DNA of 64,000 nt, from assembly GCA_965248265.1 (NCBI GenBank), contig CBDFJF010000001.1, positions 544,001-608,000 of the forward strand, given 5' to 3'. The notes under the pieces were generated by a model that searched no databases, was not told the DNA's origin, and saw nothing but the letters and a program-made list of their open reading frames with translations. Numbering within the stretch: the stretch's first letter is position 1; each line of letters starts with the position of its first letter. A program made the translations under genes and the position numbers. This DNA comes from Candidatus Latescibacterota bacterium. Its GTDB lineage: Bacteria > Latescibacterota > UBA2968 > UBA8231. Below, one piece after another: positions 50,668 through 61,419 of this stretch.

Positions 50668-52319
50668 CACCGGTCCATCTCCGCAGGCACCACATTGAGA
50701 CTGCACAGAGCCTGGCGCGCTTGTGCCATCGGCAGATCGGCGACCAGGCCTCCGGCGACCTGAAAGTTCAACAACGAAGGCGAGCGCAGGTGGAGCCGGT
50801 AGGGCCGGTCGGTGCCGTCTGCGCACAAGAACACGCCGAGCTCGCCATTCGGACTCTCGGTCGCTTGGTAACACTGGGCGCCCGCCGGCAGGCGAAGGCC
50901 ATGCCCCTCCGTCCACAACTGCATGTGGCGGATCATTACCTCCACGCGTTCGCGCACTTGCTCGGACGTGCCCGGAAAAACGCGGGCGTCCTCGGTGCGC
51001 CAGGCACCGGTCGGCATCGACCGCAAAGCCCGTTCGATGAGGCCGGTACTCTCCACCATCTCCTCCATGCGCACCCGGCAGCGATCCAGCGCGTCGCCGT
51101 TCGAGCCAACGGGCACCTCGAAATCCAGCTCGCCATACGCCAGGTACGGCGTCGTCTTGCGCAGATCCGACTCCGTGCCGCAGGCACGCTGGACCGGACC
51201 ACTCAAACCCCATTCGGCGGCTTCATGGGCGCTCAGCGCTGCCACTCCGTCGACCAGGTCACGCCACAGGCGATTGCCCATGAGCTGCTTGTGCAACCGT
51301 GCCACCGCAACTCGTATCGACCGCGACAAGGCCAGCGCGCAGTTCATGAAATCATCCGGAAAATCGGCTGCCTGTCCCCCGATAGCCAGTAATCCGGTAC
51401 CGGTACCCACACCTCTCAACCGACCCATCGTCTCCAGTACTGCAGCACGCAGCTGCATGGCTTGTCGCCAAACTCTGTCGGCGCCGGCCGTCTCGGTTTG
51501 GATCGACAGCCAAGCCAGGTGTCCCGCGAGGCGGGAAAGCTCGGCGATGACGACACGCTGAAAGTTGCCTCTCGGTGGCACCTCGATTCCCAGCATCGCC
51601 TCGACCGCCAGTGCGAGGGTCAAGCTGGCGGCGTGAGGGGACTGGTCGTTCAGGCGTTCGCACACAACCATGTTCTGTATACAAGTCAACGACTCGGAGA
51701 GCTTCTCGATGCCACTGTGGGCAAATCCAGGCACCGGAGCAGCACGCACCACCCGGCCGGCCACCACCTCGAGGCGCATGCGCAGTGTCGGTATCGGCGC
51801 GACCAGAGCCGCGGTGTCCGGGCCAGTTGGCACAGGATTACCGGTTTCGCCCTCACCGAGCAAGGGATAGCGCTTGCGCAGCGGGTGAACGGAGGAGGGG
51901 GAGTGCAGGATCAGGGCTCGGGTCGTGGATCTGCCGGTAAAGCGGACCCCGAACATCTCCGCCACCTCACGCTCCTGCCAGTCTGCGCCCGGAAACAGAT
52001 CGGTGACGCTGGCCAGCGTGGTTTCTTCTGGATCGAAATCAGCACTCAATTGCAAACACGCAAAGGGTGTCTGGACTGACCGCAACTGGTAGACTATCCG
52101 CAGAGGCGCCGCCTCACCGGCGAGAGCGGACAGATCGACTGCAGTCATATCTGCGAGGGTGTAGCTTCCGTCCGTCCTCAGCGAGGTGAGCACCTCGTGC
52201 ACGGCATCCGCTTCCAGTACCAGCAATGTGCGTCCAGCAACTTCACGGATCTCGGCCGTCGGAAAGTTGACATGCAAGGTGGACAGCACGGTGTCGGCCT
52301 CGGCGAGTGTTTCAGCCAT
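50667..52319 (-). CDS. nuoCD: Fused, divergent complex I subunit C/D
   Basis: C part: D.TAVD, ADWQEREVAEMFGVRF.G, HPLRKRYPL. D part: H.GIEK, AELSRL..HL, GLSGP..RA.G...DLRK..PY..Y, ESPNGELG, PYR...RSPS, EMDR. ATG 52319 overlaps nuoA. Confidence 0.92.
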   Translation of the reverse strand: MAETLAEADTVLSTLHVNFPTAEIREVAGRTLLVLEADAVHEVLTSLRTDGSYTLADMTAVDLSALAGEAAPLRIVYQLRSVQTPFACLQLSADFDPEETTLASVTDLFPGADWQEREVAEMFGVRFTGRSTTRALILHSPSSVHPLRKRYPLLGEGETGNPVPTGPDTAALVAPIPTLRMRLEVVAGRVVRAAPVPGFAHSGIEKLSESLTCIQNMVVCERLNDQSPHAASLTLALAVEAMLGIEVPPRGNFQRVVIAELSRLAGHLAWLSIQTETAGADRVWRQAMQLRAAVLETMGRLRGVGTGTGLLAIGGQAADFPDDFMNCALALSRSIRVAVARLHKQLMGNRLWRDLVDGVAALSAHEAAEWGLSGPVQRACGTESDLRKTTPYLAYGELDFEVPVGSNGDALDRCRVRMEEMVESTGLIERALRSMPTGAWRTEDARVFPGTSEQVRERVEVMIRHMQLWTEGHGLRLPAGAQCYQATESPNGELGVFLCADGTDRPYRLHLRSPSLLNFQVAGGLVADLPMAQARQALCSLNVVPAEMDR

Positions 52320-52713
52320 CGGAATCCGTGACGGGCGAGCGCTCTTCCCAGTCGAAGGCCCGTCGACGGGCAGCGTACACGAAGGCGCAGAGCAGGACGA
52401 TGATGAAAACGGCAACGACACCGAGCACGGCCGCATCACCATCCAGCAACTGATTGAACCCGAGAGCCCATGGCAACAGCAGGACGAGCCCTGCTTGAAA
52501 AACCGCTGCGATGAGCGCGATTCGGTAGAAGGGCAGGATTTGAGCCGGTGTGGACTGCGTTTGAGAGTCCCGCGCGGACGCCGTGTCATCGGCTCTATCG
52601 CGGCTGAGCAAGCGTGCCCCGAACAAGAAAGCCGCCGCAAACAGAAGGATTGCGACGGCTGAGATCACGGCAGCTGGAATTTCGATTGCGACCTCGTAGG
52701 CGGGAAGAGCCAC
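52312..52713 (-). CDS. nuoA: Highly divergent complex I subunit A
   Basis: Three TM; FYRIAL..VF....LLPWA, FVYA.RRRAFDWE; first gene of the nuo run. Confidence 0.82.
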   Translation of the reverse strand: MALPAYEVAIEIPAAVISAVAILLFAAAFLFGARLLSRDRADDTASARDSQTQSTPAQILPFYRIALIAAVFQAGLVLLLPWALGFNQLLDGDAAVLGVVAVFIIVLLCAFVYAARRRAFDWEERSPVTDSDG

Positions 52714-52789
52714 TGGTGCCGGGTCAACCGTCTCGCCGACACTCGGTCACGACTGTGTCAGGCTGTAATGTGGGGAACGGCCATGGAAC

Positions 52790-53038
52790 TCATTGGGCGG
52801 CGCCCACAGCCGCCGGCACGGCCTCAGGCGTGAATACCGCGTCCTTGGCGGCGTCCTCCGAGGCGCAGGAGTCGCCGGGAGACGCGCCGCAGTCGCACAT
52901 CGGCATGCCCAACTCGTCACGCATGTTTCCCAGACCACCGCAGGTGCCCTTCAAGGGTCTGTCACGAAAAATCACGCCCACAGCCATGCCGGCCATGACG
53001 ATGCCGATGATGATGAAGGCTGGAATGAGGAGTTCCAT
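52790..53038 (-). CDS. nqrM: Na+-NQR maturation factor NqrM (DUF539)
   Basis: TM helix, MAVGVIF...LKGTCGGLG, further Cys (CDC...C); directly after nqrF; GGGAG SD. Confidence 0.85.
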   Translation of the reverse strand: MELLIPAFIIIGIVMAGMAVGVIFRDRPLKGTCGGLGNMRDELGMPMCDCGASPGDSCASEDAAKDAVFTPEAVPAAVGAAQ

Positions 53039-53060
53039 CGACCCGCTCCCTGCTATTACC

Positions 53061-54299
53061 CTAACCGAAGTCGTCGAAGCGGATCATCTCTTCTTCCACT
53101 CCGAGCTCGTCCAGCATGTTCATCACTGCTTGCAGCATCATCGGTGGACCGCACAGATAGTACTCGATGTCTTCCGGAGCCGCGTGGGAGCTCAGATAGT
53201 GGTCGAGGACGACCTGGTGAATGAAACCCTGGTACCCGGTCCAGTTGTCTTCTGGCAGAGGCTCCGACATGGCCACATGCCACGAGAAGTTCGGGAACTC
53301 CTCGGCGATAGCCTCGAAGTGGTCCTCGTAGAACAATTCCTTGGAGGATCGAGCCCCGTACCAATACGACACCTTGCGACCGGTCCTCAAGGTGTGGAAC
53401 AGGTGAAAAATGTGCGACCGCAACGGTGCCATGCCAGCGCCGCCACCGATGTAGACCATCTCGCGCTCGGTTTCCTGGATGAAGAACTCCCCGTAGGGAC
53501 CGGAAATGGTAGCCTTGTCTCCAGCCTTCAGATTGAACACGAAGGAAGACACGATGCCGGGGTTGACCTTCATCCAGCCGCCGATGCTCGGATCGAATGG
53601 CGGCGTGGCGATACGGATGTTGAGCATGACGATGTTGCCCTCGGCCGGGTGATTCGCCATCGAGTAGGCACGAAAAACCGTATCGGCGTTCACCGTTCGC
53701 AGATCCCACACCTTGAAACGGTCCCAGTCGCCGTGAAAACGCTCGTCGACTTCGAAATCCCTGAAGGAGCACTGGAAGGACGGTACTTCTATTTGGATGA
53801 AGCCGCCGGATTCGAAATTCAGGTTCTCGCCTTCTGGTAATTTGAGGACGAGTTCCTTGATAAAGGTTGCGACGTTCTTATTGGAGATGACCTCGCATTC
53901 CCAGCGTTTGACCGAGAACACCTCGGGCGGCACTTCGATCTTCAAGCTCTCCTTGACGGCGACCTGACATGAGAGCCGATCCCCTTCGCGGGCTTCACGC
54001 TTGGTGATCTGTTCCAGCTCCGTGGCCAGAATCTCACCGCCCCCCTCGTGTATCTTCACGACACACTGGCCACAGGTACCGCCCCCACCGCATGCCGATG
54101 AAACGAAAAGCTGGTTATCTGCCAGCACGTTGAGCAGCTTGCCGCCCGCTGGCGTGGTCAGGGTGCGTTCATCGTTGATGACGATCTCGACGTCGCCGCT
54201 GGCAACCAGCTTGGAACGGGCTGCCAGGATGACGCCCACCAGCGCCAGCACGACCATCGTGAACATGCCGACACCGGCGGTTATTTCCACGGCCATCAT
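53061..54299 (-). CDS. nqrF: Na+-NQR subunit F
   Basis: [40 protein letters not shown]. Confidence 0.98.
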   Translation of the reverse strand: MMAVEITAGVGMFTMVVLALVGVILAARSKLVASGDVEIVINDERTLTTPAGGKLLNVLADNQLFVSSACGGGGTCGQCVVKIHEGGGEILATELEQITKREAREGDRLSCQVAVKESLKIEVPPEVFSVKRWECEVISNKNVATFIKELVLKLPEGENLNFESGGFIQIEVPSFQCSFRDFEVDERFHGDWDRFKVWDLRTVNADTVFRAYSMANHPAEGNIVMLNIRIATPPFDPSIGGWMKVNPGIVSSFVFNLKAGDKATISGPYGEFFIQETEREMVYIGGGAGMAPLRSHIFHLFHTLRTGRKVSYWYGARSSKELFYEDHFEAIAEEFPNFSWHVAMSEPLPEDNWTGYQGFIHQVVLDHYLSSHAAPEDIEYYLCGPPMMLQAVMNMLDELGVEEEMIRFDDFG

Positions 54300-54907
54300 A
54301 GTTGAATACCCGAGAAGGCCATGAAGGCCATCGCCATCAGGCCAACGGTCATGAAGGTAATCCCCAGACCCCGCAGGCCGGGGGGAACGTCACTGTAGCG
54401 CATCTTCTCGCGGATACCTGCCAACGCCACGAGGGCGAGGGCCCAACCGATGCCCGACCCCAGGCCGTAGACGACGCTCTCTCCGAAGTCGTAGTCGCGT
54501 TCCACCATGAACAGCGATCCACCCAGGATGGCGCAGTTGACGGTGATCAAGGGCAGAAAAATGCCCAACGCGTTGTAGAGCTTGGGAACGTACTTGTCCA
54601 GGAACATCTCGAGAATCTGGACGCTGGCCGCGATAACGCCGATGTAGCTGATGAGACCGACGAAGGTCAGGTCGACCCCTTCCAGGCCCAGCCATACCAG
54701 CGCGTTTTCTTTGAGCAGATAGTTGTAGACGAGGTTGTTGATCGGCACGGTCAGTGTCTGTACCACGATTACAGCCACACCGAGCCCGAAGGCGGTGGAA
54801 ACTCGCTTGGAAATGGCCAGGAAGGTGCACATGCCCAGGAAGAAGGCGAGGGCGATGTTCTCGACGAAGATCGCCTTGACGAAGAGATTCAGATAGGCCT
54901 CAAACAT
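54296..54907 (-). CDS. nqrE: Na+-NQR subunit E
   Basis: [38 protein letters not shown]. Confidence 0.98.
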   Translation of the reverse strand: MFEAYLNLFVKAIFVENIALAFFLGMCTFLAISKRVSTAFGLGVAVIVVQTLTVPINNLVYNYLLKENALVWLGLEGVDLTFVGLISYIGVIAASVQILEMFLDKYVPKLYNALGIFLPLITVNCAILGGSLFMVERDYDFGESVVYGLGSGIGWALALVALAGIREKMRYSDVPPGLRGLGITFMTVGLMAMAFMAFSGIQL

Positions 54908-54911
54908 CGGC

Positions 54912-55535
54912 TCAAGCCTCCTCTTCGATCTGTTCGGTCTTGAAGGAACGCAGCACCCAGATGAAACCGCCGATTATGAAGAAGGCACTGGGAGGCAGCA
55001 GCATCAATCCGTTGGGGACGTACCAGCCGCCCTCGGTGTTGAGGGCCAGAATCTCCAGACCGAAGAAATTGCCGGCGCCGAACAGCTCCCGCAACACTCC
55101 CACGCACAGCAGTATGACACTGTAGCCGAGGGCGTTGCCCAGGCCGTCCAGCATGCTCATGCCGACACCATTCTTCATGGCAAATGCTTCGGCGCGCCCC
55201 ATGACGATGCAGTTGGTGATGATCAGCCCGACGAACACGGACAGCTGCTTGCTGATATCGAAGGCGTAAGCCCGCAGAAACTGGTCCACGATGATGACGA
55301 GTGAGGCGATGATCGTCATCTGCATGATCATGCGGATGTTCGACGGCATGTGATTGCGAATCAGACTGACGGCGCCGTTGCTGAACACGAGTACGAAGAT
55401 GACCGCCAGACACATGGTCACGGCCGTTTCCATCTTGCTGGTCACCGCCAGCGCCGAACAGATTCCGAGAATCTGCAGAGCGATCGGGTTGTCGTCGAGA
55501 ACGGGACCGAGGAGAGTTTCCCGTGCCTTACCCAT
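54912..55535 (-). CDS. nqrD: Na+-NQR subunit D
   Basis: [34 protein letters not shown]. Confidence 0.98.
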   Translation of the reverse strand: MGKARETLLGPVLDDNPIALQILGICSALAVTSKMETAVTMCLAVIFVLVFSNGAVSLIRNHMPSNIRMIMQMTIIASLVIIVDQFLRAYAFDISKQLSVFVGLIITNCIVMGRAEAFAMKNGVGMSMLDGLGNALGYSVILLCVGVLRELFGAGNFFGLEILALNTEGGWYVPNGLMLLPPSAFFIIGGFIWVLRSFKTEQIEEEA

Positions 55536-55547
55536 TGGGTTTTCCCG

Positions 55548-55572
55548 TGTTTGATACCATGTTTGATACCAT
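55548..55572. repeat. 12-bp tandem repeat x2 in the nqrC-nqrD spacer
   Basis: TGTTTGATACCA TGTTTGATACCA T. Confidence 0.75.
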
Positions 55573-55575
55573 TGT

Positions 55576-56349
55576 CTATCCGGCTCCTTGCGTCTTCAGT
55601 TTGGCCAGGTAAGGACCGTAGCCGTCTGCACTCAACCAGTAACGCAGCATGTAGTGAACACCGCGTGATGTAATCGTGGCCCCGGAAAGGCCGTCCACCT
55701 TGAATTCGGATCCCTTGTCGGCGGGATTGACGCGGCCCTTGATGACTGAAATTTTCGCCTTCCCCGTGGCATCAAACGCCTGCTTGCCGTTCCACAACGC
55801 CTTCCACGTGGGATTGTCGACCTCGCCGCCCAGACCGGGAGTCTCTGCGTGCTCGTAGAAGACGAGGCCCTTGATCGTGGTCAGATCAGCGGCATCGAGA
55901 GCCAGGAATCCGTAGAGGGTCGACCATAGCCCCTTGCCATGAACGGGAAGGATGACTTTGTCGAGCCGGTCACCCTTGCTCACGATATAGACGGACGCGT
56001 TTTTAGCGCGCCGTTTGATTCCAGCCCGCTCCAAGTCCGAGGTCTCCTGACTCGTGGCCGGGTCAGCAGCCGCCTTGCGCGTGTCGTAGGTCGACGCGTC
56101 GATATCCTCAGCATACTGCCCCGTAGACAGGTCGACGACCTTGGGCTCGATGCTCTGGTAGGCGGCGTCGATGTCGATTCCCTCTTCGTACAGTCCGGCG
56201 GCGGTGAGGATGTTGCGTTTTTTATCGAGCGCCTTGTTGATATTCTGCGTTGGCCGCAGCACTACCGCCGCACTCGACACCAGCACCGAGCAGGCAACGC
56301 AAAGCAGAAAGGCGACCGTGAAGGTCTTGGTGATCGTATCTCGCGGCAC
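55576..56349 (-). CDS. nqrC: Na+-NQR subunit C
   Basis: [17 protein letters not shown], flavinylation motif [10 protein letters not shown]. Confidence 0.97.
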   Translation of the reverse strand: MPRDTITKTFTVAFLLCVACSVLVSSAAVVLRPTQNINKALDKKRNILTAAGLYEEGIDIDAAYQSIEPKVVDLSTGQYAEDIDASTYDTRKAAADPATSQETSDLERAGIKRRAKNASVYIVSKGDRLDKVILPVHGKGLWSTLYGFLALDAADLTTIKGLVFYEHAETPGLGGEVDNPTWKALWNGKQAFDATGKAKISVIKGRVNPADKGSEFKVDGLSGATITSRGVHYMLRYWLSADGYGPYLAKLKTQGAG

Positions 56350-56364
56350 AGGAATCGTCCCCTG

Positions 56365-57594
56365 TTAGGCGGCGGTGCGGACAAGCCGCCGTTTGATGTT
56401 CGCCTGGACGACGAAATAGTCGAAGACCGGGGCGAACACGTTGCCGAACAAAATTGCCAGCATCACACCCTCGGGAAAAGCCGGGTTGACGACGCGAATC
56501 AGGGCCGTCATGATGCCGATGACACCTCCGTAAATCCACTTACCGCTGTTGGTGAACGAGGCAGATACCGGGTCCGTCGCCATGAAAACGCACCCGAAGG
56601 CGAAACCACCCAGCACCATGTGCCACAGTGCGCTCATACCGAACATCGGGTTTGTCGAACTGTCGACAGTGGCCAACAGGGCTGAGAGCACAAACGTAGT
56701 CAATGTCATACTCAGCATGATGCGCCATGATCCAAGGCCGGTCGCGATCAGAATGAAGGCTCCGATCAAACACGCCAGCACCGAAGTCTCTCCCATGGAT
56801 CCTGGTTGGAGACCGAGAAAACCATCCCACAGGGTTACCGCGCTACCCGAAACCGATCCGCTGTCCATCGCGCCCATGCCCTCGGCCGCGACCAGGCCCA
56901 ACGGCGTGGCGTGAGAGAATCCATCGACGGCGACCCAAACCTTGTCACCGGTGATCTCAGCGGGATAAGCGAAATATAGAAATGCGCGAGCGGTTAGCGC
57001 TGGATTGAGAAAATTCTTGCCCGTTCCCCCGAAAATCTCCTTGCCGATGACGACACCGAAACTGATCCCAACAGCCACCTGCCACAGCGGTATTGTGGGC
57101 GGGAGCGTCAGCGGAAACAGCATACCGGTAACCAGGAAACCCTCGTTGATCTCGTGGCGGCGTATGATCGAAAACAGAGCTTCCCAGAAGCCGCCGGCCA
57201 TCTGACAAACGAGGAACACAGGTATGAAATAGAGGGCACCGTGGAAGATGTTGGCGAAGAAACTGTTGGGACTGTAGCCGATCTCCAGCGCGTCGATGAT
57301 GACGCCGCGCCAGCCCCCGGCCGTTTCCGCTCCGAGACTGGCCAGCGCCAGATTGGTCTGGTAGCCGGTGTTCCACATGGCCATGAAAATGCAAGGCACC
57401 AATGCCCCCACGACCATGATCATGGTACGCTTGAGGTCTAGGCTGTCGCGTACGTGCGAAGCACCCTTGGTGACGTCGGCCGGCGTGTACAGGAAGGTGT
57501 CTATCATCTCGAACGCGGGGTACAACCGTTCGAGCGGCGCGCCTTTCTTGAACGCCGGCTCGGCCTGATCCAACATCTGCCTTAGCAGCTTCAT
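56365..57594 (-). CDS. nqrB: Na+-NQR subunit B
   Basis: [61 protein letters not shown]; TGATG coupling with nqrA. Confidence 0.98.
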   Translation of the reverse strand: MKLLRQMLDQAEPAFKKGAPLERLYPAFEMIDTFLYTPADVTKGASHVRDSLDLKRTMIMVVGALVPCIFMAMWNTGYQTNLALASLGAETAGGWRGVIIDALEIGYSPNSFFANIFHGALYFIPVFLVCQMAGGFWEALFSIIRRHEINEGFLVTGMLFPLTLPPTIPLWQVAVGISFGVVIGKEIFGGTGKNFLNPALTARAFLYFAYPAEITGDKVWVAVDGFSHATPLGLVAAEGMGAMDSGSVSGSAVTLWDGFLGLQPGSMGETSVLACLIGAFILIATGLGSWRIMLSMTLTTFVLSALLATVDSSTNPMFGMSALWHMVLGGFAFGCVFMATDPVSASFTNSGKWIYGGVIGIMTALIRVVNPAFPEGVMLAILFGNVFAPVFDYFVVQANIKRRLVRTAA

Positions 57595-58958
57595 CAGCCT
57601 TCTTTCTCGAGAATGTCCAGACTGGAGCGCAACAGTGGGCCGTACTCGGTCTTCCCTGGACAGACGAAGGTGCACAGACCCAGATCCTCTTCATCCAGTT
57701 CCAGGCAACCCAGATCCTGGGCCCTGTCGACGTCGCCGACGATGAGCGCCCGCAAAAGGAAGGTGGGCAGAATATCGAGAGGCATGACCGTTTCGTAGGA
57801 TCCGATCGGTACCATGGCCCTGACGCTGCCTTCCGTCGAAGTCGTGAAATCAAACCTCTTGCCGTTGCCGAGAAACTTGGAGAGGAAGACGCTCTTCACC
57901 GAGAACTTGTCCAGACCCGGATCCTGCCAGCCCAGAAACTCGCGCTGCGTCCCCTCGCTGACCGCACCCACCTGTAGATGGTATCGACCCAGGAAATCAC
58001 CCGAACCTTCGGCCGTCCTCCCTGACAGTGCAGGGCCACTGATCAAACGGTTGTGACCGGCCTCCACCTGCCCGGCTGCAAGTTCGCTGATGCAGGCCCC
58101 TACCCGGGTGCGCAACAGCCTCGGCCTGTTGACGACCGGCCCGCTCAGTGCGATGACGCGCTCGGTCCAGATGCTGCCGGTGGTCAGCAACTTACCGATG
58201 GCGATGGTGTCCTGGTAGTTGATCCAGAAAACGGTCTTGTTGACGCCTGCTGCTTCCAGAAAATGGATGTGAGTGCCGGCCAGTCCCGCGGGATGAGGAC
58301 CACCGAATTCCGCGATGGAGATGTTGGGACCCTCCGGCTCCGGCATACCTGAGCCCGGCGCCTTGCAGACAAAGAGCTCGCCCTCGGTGAGCTTCGCCAG
58401 TGCGCGTACGCCAGTGGCGAAGTCCTCTTCATGGCCGGCGGCGGCGATGCTGGGATCAGCTGCCAGCGGATTTGTGTCCATGGCAGTGACGAAGATGGCC
58501 CGCGGAGCCGTGTCTGGTGTCGGCACCTTGCTGAAGGGACGTGCCCGCAACGCCGTCCACAATCCCGATTCGACCAACAGGTCCTTGATCTGGTCGGCCG
58601 TGAGATCTGCAGGTGCGGCCGGAATGTCGAAAGTCTGCGCCCTCTCTTGACTGGGTAGGCTCAGTTCAACGACAACCGACAGCAGTGCCCGCTTGGCGCC
58701 GCGATTGATCGCCACCACTTTGCCGCCACCCGGCGAGGTGAACTTGACTCCCGGGGTGCGCTTGTCTTCGAACAGGAGCTGACCGGTTGCGACATCATCA
58801 CCTTCCTGAACGGCCATGGTCGGTCGGAGCCCGTGATGATCGGGGCCGACGACGGCGACCTGCGTCACGGCGGGCGCATCATCGATGGCCTGGGCGCAGT
58901 CTCCGGAAATTGGCAGATCAAGACCCTTCTTCAGGGAAAAGGATCGACGCTCACCCAT
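57594..58958 (-). CDS. nqrA: Na+-NQR subunit A
   Basis: [51 protein letters not shown]. Confidence 0.98.
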   Translation of the reverse strand: MGERRSFSLKKGLDLPISGDCAQAIDDAPAVTQVAVVGPDHHGLRPTMAVQEGDDVATGQLLFEDKRTPGVKFTSPGGGKVVAINRGAKRALLSVVVELSLPSQERAQTFDIPAAPADLTADQIKDLLVESGLWTALRARPFSKVPTPDTAPRAIFVTAMDTNPLAADPSIAAAGHEEDFATGVRALAKLTEGELFVCKAPGSGMPEPEGPNISIAEFGGPHPAGLAGTHIHFLEAAGVNKTVFWINYQDTIAIGKLLTTGSIWTERVIALSGPVVNRPRLLRTRVGACISELAAGQVEAGHNRLISGPALSGRTAEGSGDFLGRYHLQVGAVSEGTQREFLGWQDPGLDKFSVKSVFLSKFLGNGKRFDFTTSTEGSVRAMVPIGSYETVMPLDILPTFLLRALIVGDVDRAQDLGCLELDEEDLGLCTFVCPGKTEYGPLLRSSLDILEKEG

Positions 58959-59078
58959 ACGTGACTGTCAGACCTCCACAGATCGCCTCGCGGACACGGT
59001 ATCCAGCCCAGGAACCATGGCGGTTGCTATTATTGTCGGAAAGAGAAAGATTGGAATCGCTAAATCGCACTGAACGCT

Positions 59079-59178
59079 GTGACCATGGTTGTGACCAAGG
59101 GCAGTGATCAAAAGGCAGTGATCAACAATGGTGGGCTCGTGGAAATACCGGCCGTAAATACCGTAAGTGCCGTAAATA
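59079..59178. repeat. Two short-repeat clusters in the predicted nqrA leader
   Basis: GTGAYCA at 59079, 59091, 59104, 59118; CCGTAARTR x3 at 59152-59178. Confidence 0.75.
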
Positions 59179-59208
59179 AAACAACCTAAGTGCAGTTGAT
59201 AACATCCT

Positions 59209-59237
59209 ATCCTAAGGCGATTTAGGGCTGATGTCAA
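59209..59237 (-). promoter_or_regulatory. Sigma70 promoter of the nqr (and possibly nuo-atp) transcript
   Basis: Minus strand TTGACA-17bp-TAGGAT, about 250 bp upstream of nqrA. Confidence 0.7.
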
Positions 59238-59366
59238 GGAGTGTTAAAGAGCGCTGGCCTCGTGGTAGTTTTGCTTTCCCTGCGAACATCCAGGGCTCAG
59301 CCGGTGTCTACCGAAAATAAGCCCTGTTGAGCCAATACTTTCCCGCAACCGGATGGATTAGGACTG

Positions 59367-61256
59367 ATGATTCGATCCTTGCTCATGTGCCGAAGTGGCA
59401 TGGCTGTGTGTTTGGTAGGCATTTTTGCCACCTCGAATGCCGTTACTTCCGAAACACCGCCTCAACGTGAGGCTTACCTGCTGCCAACCGTCTACGTCAG
59501 TGCCTCACGCATGCCTGTCGACGGGGAAGGGGCGCGAAACGTCCTCGTCATCGATAGCGACGAGATCTCCCGGATGGCTCCAGAAAGCATTACCGACCTG
59601 CTCGCCGGCCTACCTGGTGTCGACGCCCGGACCCGAGGACCCTTTGGAGTGCAGACCGACCTGGAGGTGAATGGCGCGACCTACAGTCAGGTGCTCGTCC
59701 TCGTCGACGGTATGCGAGTGAACGATCCGCAGACTGGTCACCACACCATGAACCTGCCGTTTACTCCTCAGGATCTCGAACGAGTGGAAATCACTTACGG
59801 ACAGGGGTCCGCCGTCCACGGACCGGACGCCCTGGGTGCTGTCGTCAATCTGGTCCCTCGGGACGATGCAGCCAATCGGCTCAGTCTGACTGGTCATTGG
59901 GGCGACACCCAGGGGGGTAACACCTTCGACGATGCGCTGGAGGTGGCTCGCGGCGGCCAGGATGCCAGCCTGAACTACGGACTGCGGGGAGAGTGGGGGT
60001 CCGTCTGGGCGGCGGTGGGAAAAAGTCGCTCGGGCGGTTATCGCCCCGACACCGACTTCGACGCGGATCGGGCGATGGCGTCAGCACGCCTGCCCCTCGC
60101 CGCGGGACACTTGAGCTTGCTCTGGGGTGTGCAGGACAAGGCATTCGGAGCCAATCAGTTTTACGGTGACTCCAACTCAGTGGAGTGGACGAGGAACTGG
60201 CTGTACAGCGCCCGGTACCGTAGAGCCACCGCGAGTTCGCGCTCGATTGAGGCCGCCATTTCCTACAAACGGCATCGCGATCGCTTTGTCTGGATCAGGG
60301 GCAATCCAGCTTATTCCGAAAACATCCACACCAGCGAGTTGGTCACGGCGCAGGTCCATGCAACGGTGGCTTCTGGGTCTTGGGGAGCCGTGGTTGCTGG
60401 CAGCGAGGTCGCTCAGGAAAAGATCGACAGTAACAACCTCGGCGATAGACAGCAAAACCGGGGCGGCGTGTTCTCCGAGTACGTCGGCGGCGCGGGTCGC
60501 TGGAGCTACAGCGCGGGCGCACGCTTGGACAACCACGAGGAATTCGGCTGGGAAAGCTCGCCGTCGCTGGCTCTGAGCCTTCGGCACACCCCGAAAACCA
60601 GGTATTTCGCCTCGGCTGGACGTTCTTTCCGGGCTCCGGACTTCACCGAGCGATTTCTGAATTCTCCCGCGAACACCGGCAATCCCGATCTCGAAGCGGA
60701 GAACGCCTGGTCCTACGAACTTGGTGCCCAGATCACCCCAGCCAAGGCAGTACAGGTAACGACGACGGGGTTCGCCCGTTTCGAGAAAAACCGGGTCGAC
60801 TACATCAGCCGCGTGGACCCAGTGCAGTGGAAGGCAGAAAATTTGGGCGAGATGCGCACCCTGGGTATGCAACTGTCTGCTTCCGGAAGCTGGCCGGTCG
60901 TGCGCACACGGCTCGACTATACACTCGTGGACAAGGAACAGACTCTGGAGAACGGCGTACAGTCAAAGTACGTGTTCACCCAACCACGCCATCAGTTGGG
61001 CCTGCGATTCGACCACGCCCTTCGCGCCGGATTCGAAGCGGGTTGGATCCTGACTGCGAAAGAACGCAGTGTGCAGGAAGACTACATGGTGATAGATCTG
61101 ATCGTGCAACGGCGTTTTGCCCATGGCCGCTCGTTGCTGCGCATCCGCAATCTGACGAATCGGCACTACGAATCTGCCCTCTATAATTCACATCCACCCC
61201 GCGGCATACCGATGCCGGGGCGCTGGTTCAGTCTGGAGACTCAGATCGACCTGTAA
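59367..61256 (+). CDS. TonB-dependent receptor (substrate unknown)
   Basis: Signal peptide, TVYVSASR TonB-box-like segment, plug LPGVD...VLVLVDG.RVND...ERVEI..G..S..HG.DALGAVVN, barrel FRAP...GNPDLEAE, NLTN..Y, MPGR. Confidence 0.93.
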   Translation: MIRSLLMCRSGMAVCLVGIFATSNAVTSETPPQREAYLLPTVYVSASRMPVDGEGARNVLVIDSDEISRMAPESITDLLAGLPGVDARTRGPFGVQTDLEVNGATYSQVLVLVDGMRVNDPQTGHHTMNLPFTPQDLERVEITYGQGSAVHGPDALGAVVNLVPRDDAANRLSLTGHWGDTQGGNTFDDALEVARGGQDASLNYGLRGEWGSVWAAVGKSRSGGYRPDTDFDADRAMASARLPLAAGHLSLLWGVQDKAFGANQFYGDSNSVEWTRNWLYSARYRRATASSRSIEAAISYKRHRDRFVWIRGNPAYSENIHTSELVTAQVHATVASGSWGAVVAGSEVAQEKIDSNNLGDRQQNRGGVFSEYVGGAGRWSYSAGARLDNHEEFGWESSPSLALSLRHTPKTRYFASAGRSFRAPDFTERFLNSPANTGNPDLEAENAWSYELGAQITPAKAVQVTTTGFARFEKNRVDYISRVDPVQWKAENLGEMRTLGMQLSASGSWPVVRTRLDYTLVDKEQTLENGVQSKYVFTQPRHQLGLRFDHALRAGFEAGWILTAKERSVQEDYMVIDLIVQRRFAHGRSLLRIRNLTNRHYESALYNSHPPRGIPMPGRWFSLETQIDL

Positions 61257-61419
61257 CGGTTCAGCATCCAGGCACAGTAGCGGTACGTGATTCTTGACCC
61301 GTGCAAAGCGGGGATCTATTATTGGCCAACGCCGCAAAACGAGCCTGCCTGTGCTGCAGGCCGGCGTGCCCACGACCATCCCTTTTTGTGCTAATCCTGT
61401 CCAGTAATTTTCCACAAGG

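Noticed and set aside
50667-52319. Group 4 NiFe-hydrogenase large subunit
   Set aside because: No N- or C-terminal CxxC motifs; ends in EMDR like NuoD
40340-52713. Calling the nuo genes pseudogenes
   Set aside because: No internal stops, frameshifts or truncations are visible and start/stop coupling is preserved; decay remains only a hypothesis
52614-53840. Long antisense ORFs (also 3519..4511, 12507..13547, 32061..33077, 45934..46941, 46787..47956, 61261..62217)
   Set aside because: Shadow frames opposite well-supported genes in high-GC DNA; no recognisable motifs
59238-59366. Cobalamin or TPP riboswitch before the TonB receptor
   Set aside because: No B12-box (GCCACUG/GGGAAG) or TPP core (CUGAGA) seen; the receptor was therefore not called btuB
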